A stretch of 64,000 bases of DNA, from positions 9,074 to 73,073 of the forward strand of contig JAFZRR010000047.1 of assembly GCA_017619815.1 (NCBI GenBank), written 5' to 3'. Positions 31,391-43,600 of this stretch are shown in pieces (position 1 is the first letter of the stretch; the number at the start of each line of letters is the position of its first letter). Below the pieces are notes generated by a model that was given only the letters and a program-made list of their open reading frames with translations, was not told where the DNA came from and made no database searches. Position numbers and translations under genes: made by a program. Source of the DNA: Bacilli bacterium (GTDB lineage: Bacteria; Bacillota_I; Bacilli_A; RFN20; CAG-826).

Positions 31391-34300
31391 ATGATTAGAA
31401 ATATCAAAGACTTGAAACAACTCAACAATGGTCGTTATGACTATTCACATGTTAGTGGTGATCTCGAACTCCCTAACTTAGTCGAAATTCAAACCAAATC
31501 ATTTGAAGAGTTCAAAAACAAGGGCTTAGATGATGTCTTTAGAGAAGCTTTCCCTATTCTTAACTATACCGAAACCTTATCTATCGACTACGTCTCCGCT
31601 CGTTTTGGTGAACCAGAGCATTCCTATTTAGAATGCAAAACCCAAGACTTAACATATTCCGTCCCAATCTATGTCACTTTACGTTTAACACATAAAGAGA
31701 CTGGAGAAATCCAAGAATCTGAAGTCTATATGGGTGAGTTCCCATTAATGACATCTGGCGGCACATTCATCGTCAACGGTGTCGAAAAAGTTATCATTTC
31801 TCAATTAGTCCGTTCTCCGGGCGCCTACTTCTCTGCCACACAAAAAGCAGGCAAGTATTTATATGGTTGTGACTTAATTCCTGGAAGAGGAACATGGTTA
31901 CAATTTGAAAGTGACAATAAGGATATCTTAAGCGTTCGTATCGATCACCAAAGAAAGATGAACGTCTGCTTATTACTTCGTGCCTTAGGTTTCGAAGAAG
32001 ATAAAGATATTCTCCAATTATTCGGTAAAAACGAAGCCTTACAACTCACATTAGAAAAAGATGATACTTTAAAGGTCAAAGATTCAAAGAATGCGTTAGC
32101 GGAAATCTTTAGAAAGATGAAACCAGGTGAGCCTGTTACTGAAGAAGGTAACATCACATACTTGGTGCAAAAATTCTTCGATAGCAAACGTAACGATTTG
32201 GGTCGCGCAGGCCGTTATAAATATATTAAGAAGTTAAGCGTATATGGTCGTTTAGCTGGTCGTATCTTAGCTGAAAATTTAGTAAGCGCAGATGGCGAAA
32301 TCAGATTTACCAAAGGTACACTCTTAACTGAAAAGGATGTCGAAGACTTAAGAAACGAAGACTTCTTCGAAAAAGGAGCCCACTTACACAAGTTAGGTTC
32401 TAACGATCGTCTTGACACCCATAACTTAGTCAACATTGTTAAAGTTTATAACAATGAAAAAGAAAAGAAAGTCTGTCACATCATTGGTACAGACTTAAAT
32501 GGCACAGCACAAACCGCCACAATCAGTGACATTGTTGCTAGCTTCTCATACTTCTTAAACATCATCGATGGATTCGGGACCACAGATGATATTGACCATT
32601 TAGGAAATAGAAGAATTCGCTGTGTCGGTGAATTAATTCAAAACCAATTCCGTATCGGTTTAGGCAAGATGGTGAAAACCGTCCAACAAAAGATGTCCAT
32701 TTCCGATTTAGGTAATGTGAAACCAAAAGCATTGATCAATCCACGTCCATTGAACGCTTCAATCCGTGAATTCTTTGCTTCTTCACAATTATCTCAATTC
32801 ATGGATCAAACCAACCCACTCGCGGAATTAACAAATAAGAGAAGATTATCCGCGTTAGGCCCAGGCGGTTTAACACGTGATAGAGCTTCAACCGCTGTCC
32901 GTGACGTTCACGTTTCTCACTATGGACGTATCTGCCCAATTGAAACACCTGAAGGTCAAAACATCGGTTTGATTAACAACCTCGCTTCTTATGCGAAAGT
33001 CAATAAATACGGTTTCATTGAAACACCATACCGTAAAGTCGTGGATGGTCGTGTCTTAAATGACGCCAAAGACTGTGTTTACCTTTCCGCAGATGAAGAA
33101 TGGGACAAATGTATTGCTGAAGCTAACATTAATTTAGGTCCTAACGGTGAAATTTTAGATGACCAAGTCGTCGCCCGTTATAAAGGCGAAAACATCATGG
33201 CTCCAAAAGAAGATGTCGACTTTGTCGACGTTAGCCCAAAACAAATTGTTAGTATTGCGGCAGGTAGCATTCCATTCCTCGAAAACGACGATACCATGCG
33301 TGCCCTTATGGGTAGTAACATGCAACGTCAAGCCTTACCACTTTTAAAACCAACTGCTCCATTAGTGGGTACCGGTCTTGAACACCAAGTTGCGAAAGAC
33401 TCCGGTTTAGCAGTCGTAGCAGTGGAAGATGGTGTAGTTACATATAGTGACTCCAGAACCATCAAAGTGTTAGAAGCTGAAGGTAAAGAAAGAGCTTACC
33501 ACTTACAAAAATTCGAAAGAAGTAACCAAGGCACATGTATCAATCAACACAGTATCGTGCGCGTTGGTGACAAAATTAAACGCGGACAAATCATCGCTGA
33601 TGGTCCAGCAATGCAAAACGGTGACTTAGCGTTAGGTCAAAACGTCACAATCGCCTTTATGACCTGGAATGGTTATAACTACGAAGACGCGGTCATCATG
33701 TCCGAAAGATTAGTTAAAGATGATGTCTACACATCTATCCATATTGAAAGATATGAATTAGAATGCCGTAGCATTCCTAAATTAGGTGATGAAGAAATTA
33801 CCAGAGATGTTCCAGGTGTTTCTGAATCCGCGAAAGCCTACCTCGATGAACGCGGTATTATCGTTCCAGGTAGTGAAGTTAAAGAAGGCGACATCCTCGT
33901 TGGTAAAGTGACCCCACGTGGTCAAACCGAACCAAGCCCAGAAGAAAAACTCTTAATGGCCATCTTCGGTGAAAAGACAAACGAAGGAAAAGACGCTTCC
34001 TTAAGAGTCCCTCACGGTGGTTCTGGTATCGTCTTAGATGTCAAAGTGTTCAAACACGAAGGCAAAGCGAAAGATAATAGATTCCCACCAGGAGTTAACG
34101 AAATCGTTCACGTCTATATCGTCCAAAAGAGAAAGATCTCTGAAGGTGATAAGATGTCCGGTCGTCATGGTAATAAGGGTGTTATTTCCCGTATTTTACC
34201 AGAAGCCGATATGCCATTCTTACCAGATGGTACACCAGTGGATATTATGCTTAACCCATTAGGCGTTCCTTCCCGTATGAATATCGGTCAAATTCTTGAA

Positions 34301-34990
34301 GTCCATTTAGGTATGGCCTTAAAGAAATTAGGTTATAAGATTGCCACACCTGTCTTTGATGGCATTTCTAACGAAGAAATCTTCGATATGATGGAAAAAG
34401 CAAAGATGGCAAAAGATGGTAAAACCATTCTTTATGATGGAACTACCGGTGACAGATTCGATGAAAGAATCACTGTTGGTGTCATGTATATGATTAAACT
34501 CGTCCACATGGTCGATGATAAGTTACATGCTCGTGCAACTGGTCCATATAGCTTAGTTACACAACAACCTTTAGGTGGTAAAGCCCAAAATGGTGGTCAA
34601 AGATTCGGTGAAATGGAAGTCTGGGCTCTTGAAGCTTACGGCGCCGCTCACGTCTTACAAGAAATCATCACTGTTAAATCCGATGATAGAGTCGGTCGTA
34701 GAAAGACATACGAAGCCATCATCAAAGGACAAGAATTACCAAAACCAGGCATGCCAGAAGCATTCCGTGTTCTTGTTAAAGAATTACAATCCCTCGCTAT
34801 TGATGTTTCATTACTCGATAACGAAGGCAACCAAATCGATATGGATGCCCTTGCTAAAGAAGCCCTTAAGGAAGAAAGAAAGATCAACTCTTCTATCCGT
34901 AACCTTACCGGTGAAGCAGGTCCAGAATCAGTGGTGGACAGCGAAGGTACAAGCTTCAATGTTCATGCCTATGGTGAAAAAGAAGATTAA
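31391..34990 (+). CDS. rpoB: DNA-directed RNA polymerase subunit beta
   Basis: 1199 aa. [32 protein letters not shown]. Confidence 0.97.
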   Translation: MIRNIKDLKQLNNGRYDYSHVSGDLELPNLVEIQTKSFEEFKNKGLDDVFREAFPILNYTETLSIDYVSARFGEPEHSYLECKTQDLTYSVPIYVTLRLTHKETGEIQESEVYMGEFPLMTSGGTFIVNGVEKVIISQLVRSPGAYFSATQKAGKYLYGCDLIPGRGTWLQFESDNKDILSVRIDHQRKMNVCLLLRALGFEEDKDILQLFGKNEALQLTLEKDDTLKVKDSKNALAEIFRKMKPGEPVTEEGNITYLVQKFFDSKRNDLGRAGRYKYIKKLSVYGRLAGRILAENLVSADGEIRFTKGTLLTEKDVEDLRNEDFFEKGAHLHKLGSNDRLDTHNLVNIVKVYNNEKEKKVCHIIGTDLNGTAQTATISDIVASFSYFLNIIDGFGTTDDIDHLGNRRIRCVGELIQNQFRIGLGKMVKTVQQKMSISDLGNVKPKALINPRPLNASIREFFASSQLSQFMDQTNPLAELTNKRRLSALGPGGLTRDRASTAVRDVHVSHYGRICPIETPEGQNIGLINNLASYAKVNKYGFIETPYRKVVDGRVLNDAKDCVYLSADEEWDKCIAEANINLGPNGEILDDQVVARYKGENIMAPKEDVDFVDVSPKQIVSIAAGSIPFLENDDTMRALMGSNMQRQALPLLKPTAPLVGTGLEHQVAKDSGLAVVAVEDGVVTYSDSRTIKVLEAEGKERAYHLQKFERSNQGTCINQHSIVRVGDKIKRGQIIADGPAMQNGDLALGQNVTIAFMTWNGYNYEDAVIMSERLVKDDVYTSIHIERYELECRSIPKLGDEEITRDVPGVSESAKAYLDERGIIVPGSEVKEGDILVGKVTPRGQTEPSPEEKLLMAIFGEKTNEGKDASLRVPHGGSGIVLDVKVFKHEGKAKDNRFPPGVNEIVHVYIVQKRKISEGDKMSGRHGNKGVISRILPEADMPFLPDGTPVDIMLNPLGVPSRMNIGQILEVHLGMALKKLGYKIATPVFDGISNEEIFDMMEKAKMAKDGKTILYDGTTGDRFDERITVGVMYMIKLVHMVDDKLHARATGPYSLVTQQPLGGKAQNGGQRFGEMEVWALEAYGAAHVLQEIITVKSDDRVGRRKTYEAIIKGQELPKPGMPEAFRVLVKELQSLAIDVSLLDNEGNQIDMDALAKEALKEERKINSSIRNLTGEAGPESVVDSEGTSFNVHAYGEKED

Positions 34991-35004
34991 GGAGGTAAAT
35001 TACG

Positions 35005-38000
35005 ATGTTTGATGTCAAAAAATTAGCGGCAATCCAAGTCGGACTCGCCTCCCCAGATACTATCCGTAAATGGTCCCATGGTGAAGTCTTAAAACCAGAA
35101 ACCATTAACTACAGAAGCCAAAAACCAGAACCAGATGGTTTATACTGCGAAAGAATCTTTGGTCCTAGCAAGGACTACGAATGTCACTGTGGTAGATATA
35201 AGAAAATTAGATTTGCCGGTGTCGTTTGTGAACACTGTGGTGTCGAGATTACCACCAAAGATGTCCGTCGTGAAAGAATGGGTCATATTGAACTCCATGC
35301 TCCATGTACACATATTTGGTACTTAAAAGGTATCCCATCAAGAATTGGCTTATTACTCTCTATTTCTCCAAAAGATTTAGAAGAAGTCGTGTATTACGCT
35401 GCCCACTTATGTATTAAGAAAGGCAACAGCCACACCCTTTACTACCGTGAATTCATCAATGAACGTAACGGTAGAGAAATCTTCATCGCCGCTTTACGCG
35501 ATATCCAAGATAACGCTGAAGAATTCGGTTTAATCGAAGGTAGTGAAGATTGGGAAAAATGCAACCGTTTAATCGAAAGATTAGAAAACCGCGCAGAAGT
35601 CTTTGACTTCCAAACCAATGCCAACTTTGTGGAAAAATACACAGGTGCTAAATTCTCTGAAGGTGCTGGTGCAATCCAACAATTATTAAAAGAAGTCGAT
35701 TTAGATGCTGAAGCCGAAGAAATTTCTAAATCCATTAAGGATGCTTCTAGCGCAAATAGACAAAAATTAACCAAGAGATTAGAAGTTATTGAAGCATTCA
35801 GAAACTCCAATAACAGACCTGAATGGATGGTCTTAGATGCCCTTCCAGTCATCCCACCAGATCTCCGTCCTATGTTAGCTCTTGATGGTGGACGTTTCGC
35901 CACATCTGACTTAAATGACTTATATCGTAGAGTTATTTCTAGAAACAACCGTTTAAAGAAATTAATTGATATGAACTCACCACAAGCCATCTTGATGAAC
36001 GAAAAACGTATGCTTCAAGAATGTGTCGACGCTTTAATCGATAACGGTAGAAGAAATAAAGCCGTTCAAGGTGCCGGTGGTCGTGCATTAAAGAGCTTAT
36101 CTAACGCCTTAAGAGGCAAACAAGGTCGTTTCAGACAAAACTTATTAGGTAAACGTGTCGACTATTCTGGTCGTTCCGTTATTGCCGTCGGTCCATTCTT
36201 AAAGATGTATCAATGTGGTCTTCCAAGAGAAATGGCCATCCAATTACTCCGTCCATTTATCGCATGCGAGCTCTTAAAGAGAGGTATCGCCAATGCGCAT
36301 AGACAAGCGGACAAAATTATCGATAGATATGACAATGTTGTCTTTGACATCATTGAAGAAATCATTTCTAAACACCCAGTCTTATTGAACCGTGCTCCAA
36401 CACTTCATAGACTTGGTATTCAAGCCTTCCAACCAATCTTAGTCGATGGCCGTGCCATTCGTTTACACCCGTTAGTGTGTACCGGATTCAACGCTGACTT
36501 CGATGGTGACCAAATGGCGGTTCACGTGCCACTTTCTAAAGCCGCACAAGAAGAAGCTCTTAACTTAATGTTAGCGAGCAACAACATCCTTGGTCCTAAG
36601 GACGGCAAACCAATCGTTACACCTTCCCAAGACATGGTTATTGGTAACTACTACTTAACCAGTGAAAATACTAAGGAAGAATTCTTAGCGAAAGCCAAAG
36701 AATTACGTGAAAACGGTGATGATGAAGAAGCTGAAAGATACGAATTATACGCTGCTAGTGAAGGTAAAGCATTCCGTAGCGTTGATGATGTCTTATTAGC
36801 CTATCAAACAAAACAAATCCACTTACATAACCGTATTGCCATCTTAGGTAGTGCGTTATTAAAGAAAGACTTCACAGAAGAAGAAAATAAGAGCTACTTA
36901 TTAACATCTGTTGGTAAGATCATCTTCAACCTCATCTTCCCAAGTGACTTCCCATACTTAAACGAAGTTAACGAAAAAGTCTTAAGTGGTAAACATGATG
37001 AAATCGCGAAATTCTTCATCCCACGTGGTAGCAATATCCGTGAAGAAATCGCAAAACGCTCAGTCTTAAAACCATTTGGTAAGAAAGACTTAGGAAAGAT
37101 TATTAACGAAGTATTCCAACGTTATGATCGTCAAGGTAATCCAAAGACCAGCGCAGTTCTTGATAAGATTAAAGACCAAGGCTTCCGCTTCTCCACAATT
37201 GCCGGCTTATCCATTTCCTTATTCGACATCCACATGGTTGAAGGTAAAGAACAAATCCTTGAAGAAGGTGACAAGAAAGTCGCTGAACTCAAAGAAATGT
37301 ACGAAATGGGCTTATTAACCAACAAAGAAAGACACGCCCAAGTCGTCGATGTCTGGAATGGTGTTAAGAACAAAGTTCAATCCATCTTAACCGATCAATT
37401 CGGCAAAGATCGTTCTAACTCCATCTTCATGATGTCTGACTCTGGTGCTCGTGGTAACATCTCTAACATTCTTCAATTAGCAGGTATGCGTGGTTTGATG
37501 GGTTCTACATCCGGTGAAACCATCGAATTACCAGTTAAACGCTGTTTCCGTGAAGGTATGTCCGTGTCCGAGTTCTTTATTGCCACACACGGTGCCCGTA
37601 AGGGTGGTGCTGATACAGCCTTAAAGACCGCTGACTCAGGTTACTTAACCAGACGTTTAGTCGACGTTTCTCAAGACGTTATCGTCAGAGAAGAAGATTG
37701 TGGTACAGACCACGGCTTCAAAGTCAAAGAAATTAGAGATACTTCTAAGAACGCAGTTATCGTTAAACTTGAAGATCGTTTAGTCGGACGTTTCGCCTTA
37801 AGAGATATCGTTAACCCAGAAACGGGTGAAGTTATCGTTGAAGGCAACACCATGATTAACGAAGATCAAGCTAAAGCTATCGTTAACGCAGGCATTAAAG
37901 AAGTGGAAATCAGATCCTTATTCGGTTGTGAAACCAAAGACGGTGTCTGTGTCCATTGCTATGGCCGTAACTTAGCGACAGGCCGTAAGGTTGAAATTGG

Positions 38001-38934
38001 TGAAGCGGTTGGTATTATGGCTGCTCAATCCATTGGTGAACCAGGTACACAATTAACGATGAGAACATTCCATACCGGTGGTGTCGCGGGTAGCGATATT
38101 ACTGAAGGTTTGCCTCGTGTTCAAGAATTATTCGAAGCTCGTACACCTAAAGGTGAAGCTTTAATTAGTGAAATCCCAGGTGAAATTACCAATATTAAAG
38201 AAGAAGGCGGTTGCTTCTTAGTCACCGTCAAGAACGACATTGAAGAAAAGACATATAAGACCCCATTCGGTGCTCACTTAAGAGTGAAGAAGGGTGACAA
38301 AGTCATCAATGGTGGTAAGATCACTGAAGGTGCTATTTCTCCAAAAGTCTTATTAGAAAACGCTGACGAAACAGCCGTTGAAAACTACATCTTAAAAGAA
38401 GTACAAAAGGTTTATAGCGCACAATCCATCGGTATTTCTGATAAACACATCGAAGTTATCGTGAGACAAATGTTAAGAAGAGTCTTCGTCGTCGATGCTG
38501 GTGATACAGATATGCTCTCTGGTACACGTGTTAACATCAATACCTTCACCGCGAAGAACGCTAAAGTTTTAGCGGAAGGTAAGAGACCAGCTGTCTTCTC
38601 ACCTCTCATTCTTGGTATTACTAAAGCCGCTATTGAAACTGATAGTTTCTTATCCGCAGCTTCCTTCCAAGAAACCACACGTGTCTTAACCGATGCCGTT
38701 ATCAAATGTAAACGCGATAACTTACACGGTTTAAAAGAAAACGTCATTACCGGTCACTTAATCCCAGCAGGTCGTGGATTATTATCTACTGCTGAAGAAG
38801 AAGCCGTTGTTGACGGATTCACTGTGGAAAAGAAGATGAAAGAAGTTTCTGACCGCTATGTCGAAGAACATGATCGTGTTATTAATGAAATTCACGAAAA
38901 GATTCGTAAAGCGGAAGAAGAAAATAAGAAATAG
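35005..38934 (+). CDS. rpoC: DNA-directed RNA polymerase subunit beta-prime
   Basis: 1309 aa. Zn finger CHCGRYKK...[17 protein letters not shown] catalytic motif. Confidence 0.97.
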   Translation: MFDVKKLAAIQVGLASPDTIRKWSHGEVLKPETINYRSQKPEPDGLYCERIFGPSKDYECHCGRYKKIRFAGVVCEHCGVEITTKDVRRERMGHIELHAPCTHIWYLKGIPSRIGLLLSISPKDLEEVVYYAAHLCIKKGNSHTLYYREFINERNGREIFIAALRDIQDNAEEFGLIEGSEDWEKCNRLIERLENRAEVFDFQTNANFVEKYTGAKFSEGAGAIQQLLKEVDLDAEAEEISKSIKDASSANRQKLTKRLEVIEAFRNSNNRPEWMVLDALPVIPPDLRPMLALDGGRFATSDLNDLYRRVISRNNRLKKLIDMNSPQAILMNEKRMLQECVDALIDNGRRNKAVQGAGGRALKSLSNALRGKQGRFRQNLLGKRVDYSGRSVIAVGPFLKMYQCGLPREMAIQLLRPFIACELLKRGIANAHRQADKIIDRYDNVVFDIIEEIISKHPVLLNRAPTLHRLGIQAFQPILVDGRAIRLHPLVCTGFNADFDGDQMAVHVPLSKAAQEEALNLMLASNNILGPKDGKPIVTPSQDMVIGNYYLTSENTKEEFLAKAKELRENGDDEEAERYELYAASEGKAFRSVDDVLLAYQTKQIHLHNRIAILGSALLKKDFTEEENKSYLLTSVGKIIFNLIFPSDFPYLNEVNEKVLSGKHDEIAKFFIPRGSNIREEIAKRSVLKPFGKKDLGKIINEVFQRYDRQGNPKTSAVLDKIKDQGFRFSTIAGLSISLFDIHMVEGKEQILEEGDKKVAELKEMYEMGLLTNKERHAQVVDVWNGVKNKVQSILTDQFGKDRSNSIFMMSDSGARGNISNILQLAGMRGLMGSTSGETIELPVKRCFREGMSVSEFFIATHGARKGGADTALKTADSGYLTRRLVDVSQDVIVREEDCGTDHGFKVKEIRDTSKNAVIVKLEDRLVGRFALRDIVNPETGEVIVEGNTMINEDQAKAIVNAGIKEVEIRSLFGCETKDGVCVHCYGRNLATGRKVEIGEAVGIMAAQSIGEPGTQLTMRTFHTGGVAGSDITEGLPRVQELFEARTPKGEALISEIPGEITNIKEEGGCFLVTVKNDIEEKTYKTPFGAHLRVKKGDKVINGGKITEGAISPKVLLENADETAVENYILKEVQKVYSAQSIGISDKHIEVIVRQMLRRVFVVDAGDTDMLSGTRVNINTFTAKNAKVLAEGKRPAVFSPLILGITKAAIETDSFLSAASFQETTRVLTDAVIKCKRDNLHGLKENVITGHLIPAGRGLLSTAEEEAVVDGFTVEKKMKEVSDRYVEEHDRVINEIHEKIRKAEEENKK

Positions 38935-38953
38935 TCTTCTCTAATAAAAAAAT

Positions 38954-38984
38954 AAGGTCCTGATTATTCAGGGCCTTTTATTTT
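38954..38984. terminator. bidirectional terminator between rpoC and the convergent hydrolase gene
   Basis: aaggtcctga-ttat-tcagggcctt hairpin flanked by an A-run and a T-run. Confidence 0.8.
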
Positions 38985-40009
38985 GTGACGAAATCGATAC
39001 ATTTCTTAATCAGTTTAGTATCGACCATATGATTGTATTTATTTCTATCGATATGTTCCTTGAGATAAGTGACTTTTTCTTCTTCGGTTGGTTTATTCTT
39101 CTTGACGAACTTATCGTAGTCTTTATGAACCTTGTCGTAGTAGTGTTTGCCTTCAAGTGTGTAATAGACAGTGCCATGACCGTGTTCTAATAATTTAATG
39201 AATTTGAAACGTTTATCTTTTCCGAATTCTTTCTTATAGATGGAGAAACCCGCTTCGATAGGGACGGTCATATCATCTTCAGAATGAACGATAACAATCT
39301 TGGCTTTACTCTTAGCAAAGCTACTTACCGCAGTATTTTTACATATATCACCAAAAAGGAACCTCTCGTAGGTATCTACGTAAAGCATGAAATCATTTGC
39401 TTTGTCACCTGCAAAACGCTCGCCATTGGCCTTAAAAATCGTGGTTGCGGAGTTAAATCCGCTAAAAGCGACGAGTCCTTTGACTCTTTTATGTAGATAA
39501 AGGGCATTTGAGGAAGAATATGCACCCCAAGAATGGCCCATTAAATATAAAGGAAGTTTCTTATATTCATTAAGTGATTCCACAAAAGATAAAGCTTTAT
39601 CAGCATCTAAGAATCCTTGAGTAAATCCTTTGATGGTGGTGCCTTCACTTTCATCGTTAGCGGTAGCGTCATAGGCGAACACATAAAAACCCAGTTCACA
39701 TAAGACATTAATGAGGTCCAAATAGCAGTGGTGTCCTCCACCTCCATAACCATGGCAAAAGACAAAAATACCGCGTTTTTGCTGAGTTTTATCGTTATAG
39801 ACATATCCCACTAAGCGGTGTTTATTACAGGAATAAAACTCATATCTCTTCCTTTCTAAATTAGGAAAATCTTCCATCTCAAAATAGAAAGGTTTAAATG
39901 TCAAAAAGTGGTGGTTAAACATCTTGCTATAGACTTGTTGAGTAACTACTGCAGGAGCCACAACTTTTGTGACACCGATTATTTCTTCAAATAACTTTTT
40001 CCTGTCCAT
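38978..40009 (-). CDS. alpha/beta hydrolase
   Basis: FCHGYGGGG oxyanion region, GHSWGAY nucleophile elbow, C-terminal EHGHG. 343 aa. Confidence 0.65.
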   Translation of the reverse strand: MDRKKLFEEIIGVTKVVAPAVVTQQVYSKMFNHHFLTFKPFYFEMEDFPNLERKRYEFYSCNKHRLVGYVYNDKTQQKRGIFVFCHGYGGGGHHCYLDLINVLCELGFYVFAYDATANDESEGTTIKGFTQGFLDADKALSFVESLNEYKKLPLYLMGHSWGAYSSSNALYLHKRVKGLVAFSGFNSATTIFKANGERFAGDKANDFMLYVDTYERFLFGDICKNTAVSSFAKSKAKIVIVHSEDDMTVPIEAGFSIYKKEFGKDKRFKFIKLLEHGHGTVYYTLEGKHYYDKVHKDYDKFVKKNKPTEEEKVTYLKEHIDRNKYNHMVDTKLIKKCIDFVTK

Positions 40010-40129
40010 ATCAATATTATATACCTATTGTTTATTAACAATTTCTATCGCTTTTTACAAAATGTTGCTATAATCATAAACATTCAATATAAGTTTGTAC
40101 CGTTTCGGTACAGGAAAGGAAAAGAAATT

Positions 40130-41755
40130 ATGAAGAAAATGACAATCTTAAAAGGTATGATCTTCTGTACAGCTCTCACAATGACAGTTGCTGGCTGTAA
40201 AGGCAATAACTTAGAAGCCATTCAAGTTGACCCTTACACCTTAGTGAGCAATTACCGTGATGTCCGTGTCTTAGGTACCGGATACGCTGGTGAACAATTC
40301 ACTGAACACAGCAGAATCGTTGATGATAATGGTGTGACAAAACAACAAAAAACATATGTTGTTGAAGACGTTAAAGTTTTAGTTGTCCCAGTGGACTTCA
40401 CTGACGCTCCATATTCTTGGTATAACGATACCGAAGATGGCGCTCGCGCTGAACTTAACAAAGTTTTCTTTGGTGGACCAGATGATATGCAATGGTACTC
40501 TTTAGCAGAATATTACAAATCATCCAGTTTCGGTCAATGTAATGTTACTGGTTCTGTAGCTCCATGGTGGCACACTGGTGTTAGTTATAAATCAATCACC
40601 AAATCTAACACAGGCTATGCCGAAGAAATTGCTACCGACATTCAAGACTACTATCGTGAACACAACGATGAAATTAACTTAGCGGATTACGATGCAAATA
40701 AAGACGGTTTCGTTGATACCATTGTTATGGTTTATACCGCACCAATCACCACAACTGGTGAAGTTTGGTGGGCATTCTGTTCATCCGTTGGTGGTGCATT
40801 TGGTAAATACACCCCATCCGGAACTAAAGAAGGCGTCAATAGATATTTCTGGGCTTCCTATCGTTTCTTATACGAAAGATGGAACCGTTCATCATTAGAC
40901 GAAGCGCAATATACATCCGCCGAAATTAAAGCTGGTGTTGATAAATATGGTAATCCAATTTATCCAGATGCTCATACAATGACTCACGAATTCGGTCACT
41001 GTTTATCATTACCTGACTATTACATTACCGACTATAACGATAAAGATTATGGTGGAATGGGTGGTCTTGATATGATGGACTATAACGTTGGTGACCACAA
41101 TGCATATTCCAAAATGTGCTATGGTTGGATTAATCCAAGAAGAATTGCTGGTACAAGTGGTAAGATTACTCTCACAATGAAAAGTACAACCACAACTGGT
41201 GATACCATTATTGTTCCTGCTCCAAATGGTTGGAATGATACATACATGGATCAATACCTCGTTATCGAATTCCTAACTCCAGAAGGCGTGGCAAAAGCTG
41301 ATGGCGAACAACGCTACTTGGGTAACTATCCTCTCTATTATAATAGAGCGGGTATCAGAATTATCCACGTTGACTCTCGTTTAGGTGTCTTCCAATACTC
41401 TGGTGCTGGTGACCAAGCTGGTTATCATTTCGCTGGTTATACACCAGCTGTGAAAACAGACTTAGAACATGCATATGTTGGTGTTGCCGCTGATAACACA
41501 ATGACCAGAAGTTGTTATCCAGATTATAAGATCGCTGAAGTTCTTGCTTCTGATGGCAAAACCATGAAAGAACACAAGAGTGAATCTAACACCGATTGCT
41601 TATACTTTGAAGGCCAAGGCTTTGGTTACAATGGCGTTTGGAAAAACTTCAAAATGAACGGCATCGATGGTTCTAAGAACAAAGCATTTGGTTTCAAAAT
41701 CCACGTTGATAAGATCGACGGAAACAACTCCGCAACAATCACAATCTCTCGTTAA
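40130..41755 (+). CDS. lipoprotein, M6 (immune inhibitor A-like) zinc metalloprotease domain
   Basis: Lipobox VAGC, VVPVDFTD N-terminal strand, HEFGHCLSLPDYY HExxH site resembling InhA HEFGHDLGLPDEY. Start ATG 40130 (GGAAAGGAAAAG RBS) rather than 40028. Confidence 0.65.
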   Translation: MKKMTILKGMIFCTALTMTVAGCKGNNLEAIQVDPYTLVSNYRDVRVLGTGYAGEQFTEHSRIVDDNGVTKQQKTYVVEDVKVLVVPVDFTDAPYSWYNDTEDGARAELNKVFFGGPDDMQWYSLAEYYKSSSFGQCNVTGSVAPWWHTGVSYKSITKSNTGYAEEIATDIQDYYREHNDEINLADYDANKDGFVDTIVMVYTAPITTTGEVWWAFCSSVGGAFGKYTPSGTKEGVNRYFWASYRFLYERWNRSSLDEAQYTSAEIKAGVDKYGNPIYPDAHTMTHEFGHCLSLPDYYITDYNDKDYGGMGGLDMMDYNVGDHNAYSKMCYGWINPRRIAGTSGKITLTMKSTTTTGDTIIVPAPNGWNDTYMDQYLVIEFLTPEGVAKADGEQRYLGNYPLYYNRAGIRIIHVDSRLGVFQYSGAGDQAGYHFAGYTPAVKTDLEHAYVGVAADNTMTRSCYPDYKIAEVLASDGKTMKEHKSESNTDCLYFEGQGFGYNGVWKNFKMNGIDGSKNKAFGFKIHVDKIDGNNSATITISR

Positions 41756-41779
41756 TTTAAAAACGATATATTGAATACT

Positions 41780-41808
41780 AAGGCGTCTCGCAAGAGATGC
41801 CTTTCTTT
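41780..41808 (+). terminator. rho-independent terminator between the two M6 paralogues
   Basis: aaggcgtctc-gcaa-gagatgcctt, 10-bp stem with a GNRA loop, followed by tcttt. Confidence 0.7.
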
Positions 41809-41841
41809 ACAAATAAATACTTAGTTTTTAGAATTATATAT

Positions 41842-43386
41842 ATGAACAAGAAATACATTTCTTTTGCTATATTACCCTGTTTATTAAGTGGCTGTTCTCA
41901 TGGAATAACATTAAAGTATGTTCCATATACTTTTTCTATTGAAGAACAAGATTTGATGAAAGAAGACACCACACCAGTCGCTTATAAAAAAGGAAGTATC
42001 AATTCTCTTTCCGATTTCTTGGCTGATTTTAAAAGTGGTCATAAAAGAGAAAGTATTCCCACCAGAGGTGATAGAAAACTTTTAGTGGTTCCTATTTCTT
42101 TTACTGATAGTGATAAAACTAACCAAGATAATAAGACTATTTTCCTACAAAACGCCTTCTTTGGGGCGAATAATCACACAAATTATTATTCTGTCGCAGG
42201 ATATTACAATGCTTCTTCATATGGGCAATTAAGAATCACTGGTGAAGTGGCACCTTGGTTCAATTTAAATATGTCCTCACAAGAACTTTTGAATTTATCT
42301 CCATCATATATGACAAAGTCATCCATGGTGGTGGAACAAGCGGTTGATTACTATAAAGCCAATAACCTCATCGAAAATCTATCTGGTTACGATACAGATG
42401 ATGATGACGATATTGACGGCGTTTATGCGATTTACGATCATCCATATAATGAAACTAATAACAAAGACCATTTGTTCTGGGCTTACACTCATTACACATT
42501 TAAAGGTGAAAATTCACTTAATAATGAAGCGCCATATGTGAATGGATATTCTTGGACAAGTATTGATACAGTGATGCAAAAAGATAATCGTTCCTATACG
42601 AATTATCTCATTCACGAAACTGGCCACTTATTAGGTTTAACTGACTATTACAACACTAAATACACAACTACAGGAAGTGACTATCATTTCCAACCAACTG
42701 GATGTTTTGATGTTATGGATTATAACATCGGTGATCATTCTTCTTTCAGTAAGTATCTCTTTAAATGGACATCTCCAACAATTTTGGAAGGTAATGAAAC
42801 AAGAACAATTAAATTAAAACCATTTGTTAATTCCGGTGAATATTTACTTATCCCATCAACATCATATAATGGTTCACCTTATAGTGAGTATTTACTCGTA
42901 GAATACTTTGCTCCTACAGGATTAAATAAGTTCTCTGGAGCCTATAGTTATGTAGATAAAGAAGGCAAAACGGGTATATATAAATTCCCAGATCATTATG
43001 GTTTAAAGATTTATCATATTGATGCCACGCTTGGTTATTACAAGATTGGCATGAATACCAATTTGATATGCACAATCGATGATCCAAATTGGGAAAGTAA
43101 AGTCGGCACTGATAATGTCGGTTTGGATTTTGCTTACTCAAATACAATTAAAGATTCTGATGTTGGCAATAAACCAGTTTTAATCCATTTACTCGAAAGT
43201 AGTGGTAATAATACATTCAAGGATTCAATCCCTGCGAATAACAATACTTTATTTAGAACTGGTGATGATTTTGGTGTAACCAAGTTCACTGATTTTAGAT
43301 TCTTCGATGGATCAGCACCTGAATACACAATTAAAGTCAAACAATTGTCCACAAGAGAGATAACTTTAGAAATAAATCATAAGTAA
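41842..43386 (+). CDS. lipoprotein, M6 (immune inhibitor A-like) zinc metalloprotease domain, paralogue
   Basis: Lipobox LSGC, LVVPISFTD, HETGHLLGLTDYY. Collinear with the upstream paralogue. Start ATG 41842. Confidence 0.65.
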   Translation: MNKKYISFAILPCLLSGCSHGITLKYVPYTFSIEEQDLMKEDTTPVAYKKGSINSLSDFLADFKSGHKRESIPTRGDRKLLVVPISFTDSDKTNQDNKTIFLQNAFFGANNHTNYYSVAGYYNASSYGQLRITGEVAPWFNLNMSSQELLNLSPSYMTKSSMVVEQAVDYYKANNLIENLSGYDTDDDDDIDGVYAIYDHPYNETNNKDHLFWAYTHYTFKGENSLNNEAPYVNGYSWTSIDTVMQKDNRSYTNYLIHETGHLLGLTDYYNTKYTTTGSDYHFQPTGCFDVMDYNIGDHSSFSKYLFKWTSPTILEGNETRTIKLKPFVNSGEYLLIPSTSYNGSPYSEYLLVEYFAPTGLNKFSGAYSYVDKEGKTGIYKFPDHYGLKIYHIDATLGYYKIGMNTNLICTIDDPNWESKVGTDNVGLDFAYSNTIKDSDVGNKPVLIHLLESSGNNTFKDSIPANNNTLFRTGDDFGVTKFTDFRFFDGSAPEYTIKVKQLSTREITLEINHK

Positions 43387-43394
43387 TTTGGTGT

Positions 43395-43418
43395 ATGATA
43401 CACCTGGATACGTTGAAA
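43395..43418 (+). repeat. copy 1 of a 24-nt imperfect direct repeat flanking the rpsL promoter
   Basis: ATGATACACCTGGATACGTTGAAA versus ATGATACACCCGGAACCGTGGAAA at 43534-43557, 20/24 identical. Confidence 0.6.
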
Positions 43419-43447
43419 ATATTTTTATATTTTTTGTGTTTTTTTGC

Positions 43448-43476
43448 TTGCGCGACAATATCTATTTAATTAATAT
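43448..43476 (+). promoter_or_regulatory. candidate promoter of the rpsL-rpsG-fusA(-tuf) operon
   Basis: TTGCGC-N17-TAATAT with a T-rich upstream tract. Leaves a roughly 120-nt leader. Confidence 0.45.
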
Positions 43477-43533
43477 ATATAAGCGTGTGTATTCTACACG
43501 GTGACCAAAATGGTCTATTTTTAAGGGGAATTA

Positions 43534-43557
43534 ATGATACACCCGGAACCGTGGAAA
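43534..43557 (+). repeat. copy 2 of the 24-nt direct repeat, inside the rpsL leader
   Basis: See copy 1. Confidence 0.6.
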
Positions 43558-43600
43558 CAACACACCAAACATTAAATTAGTTATCGAAAGGAGCAATTAT

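Noticed and set aside
35442-35990. Long antisense or alternative-frame ORFs inside rpoC (35442-35990), rpoB (34575-35012), fusA (44621-45064) and trkH (26915-27394)
   Set aside because: They lie inside strongly supported genes, with no RBS and low-complexity, Ser/Leu-rich translations. This is typical of stop-poor antisense frames in codon-biased genes.
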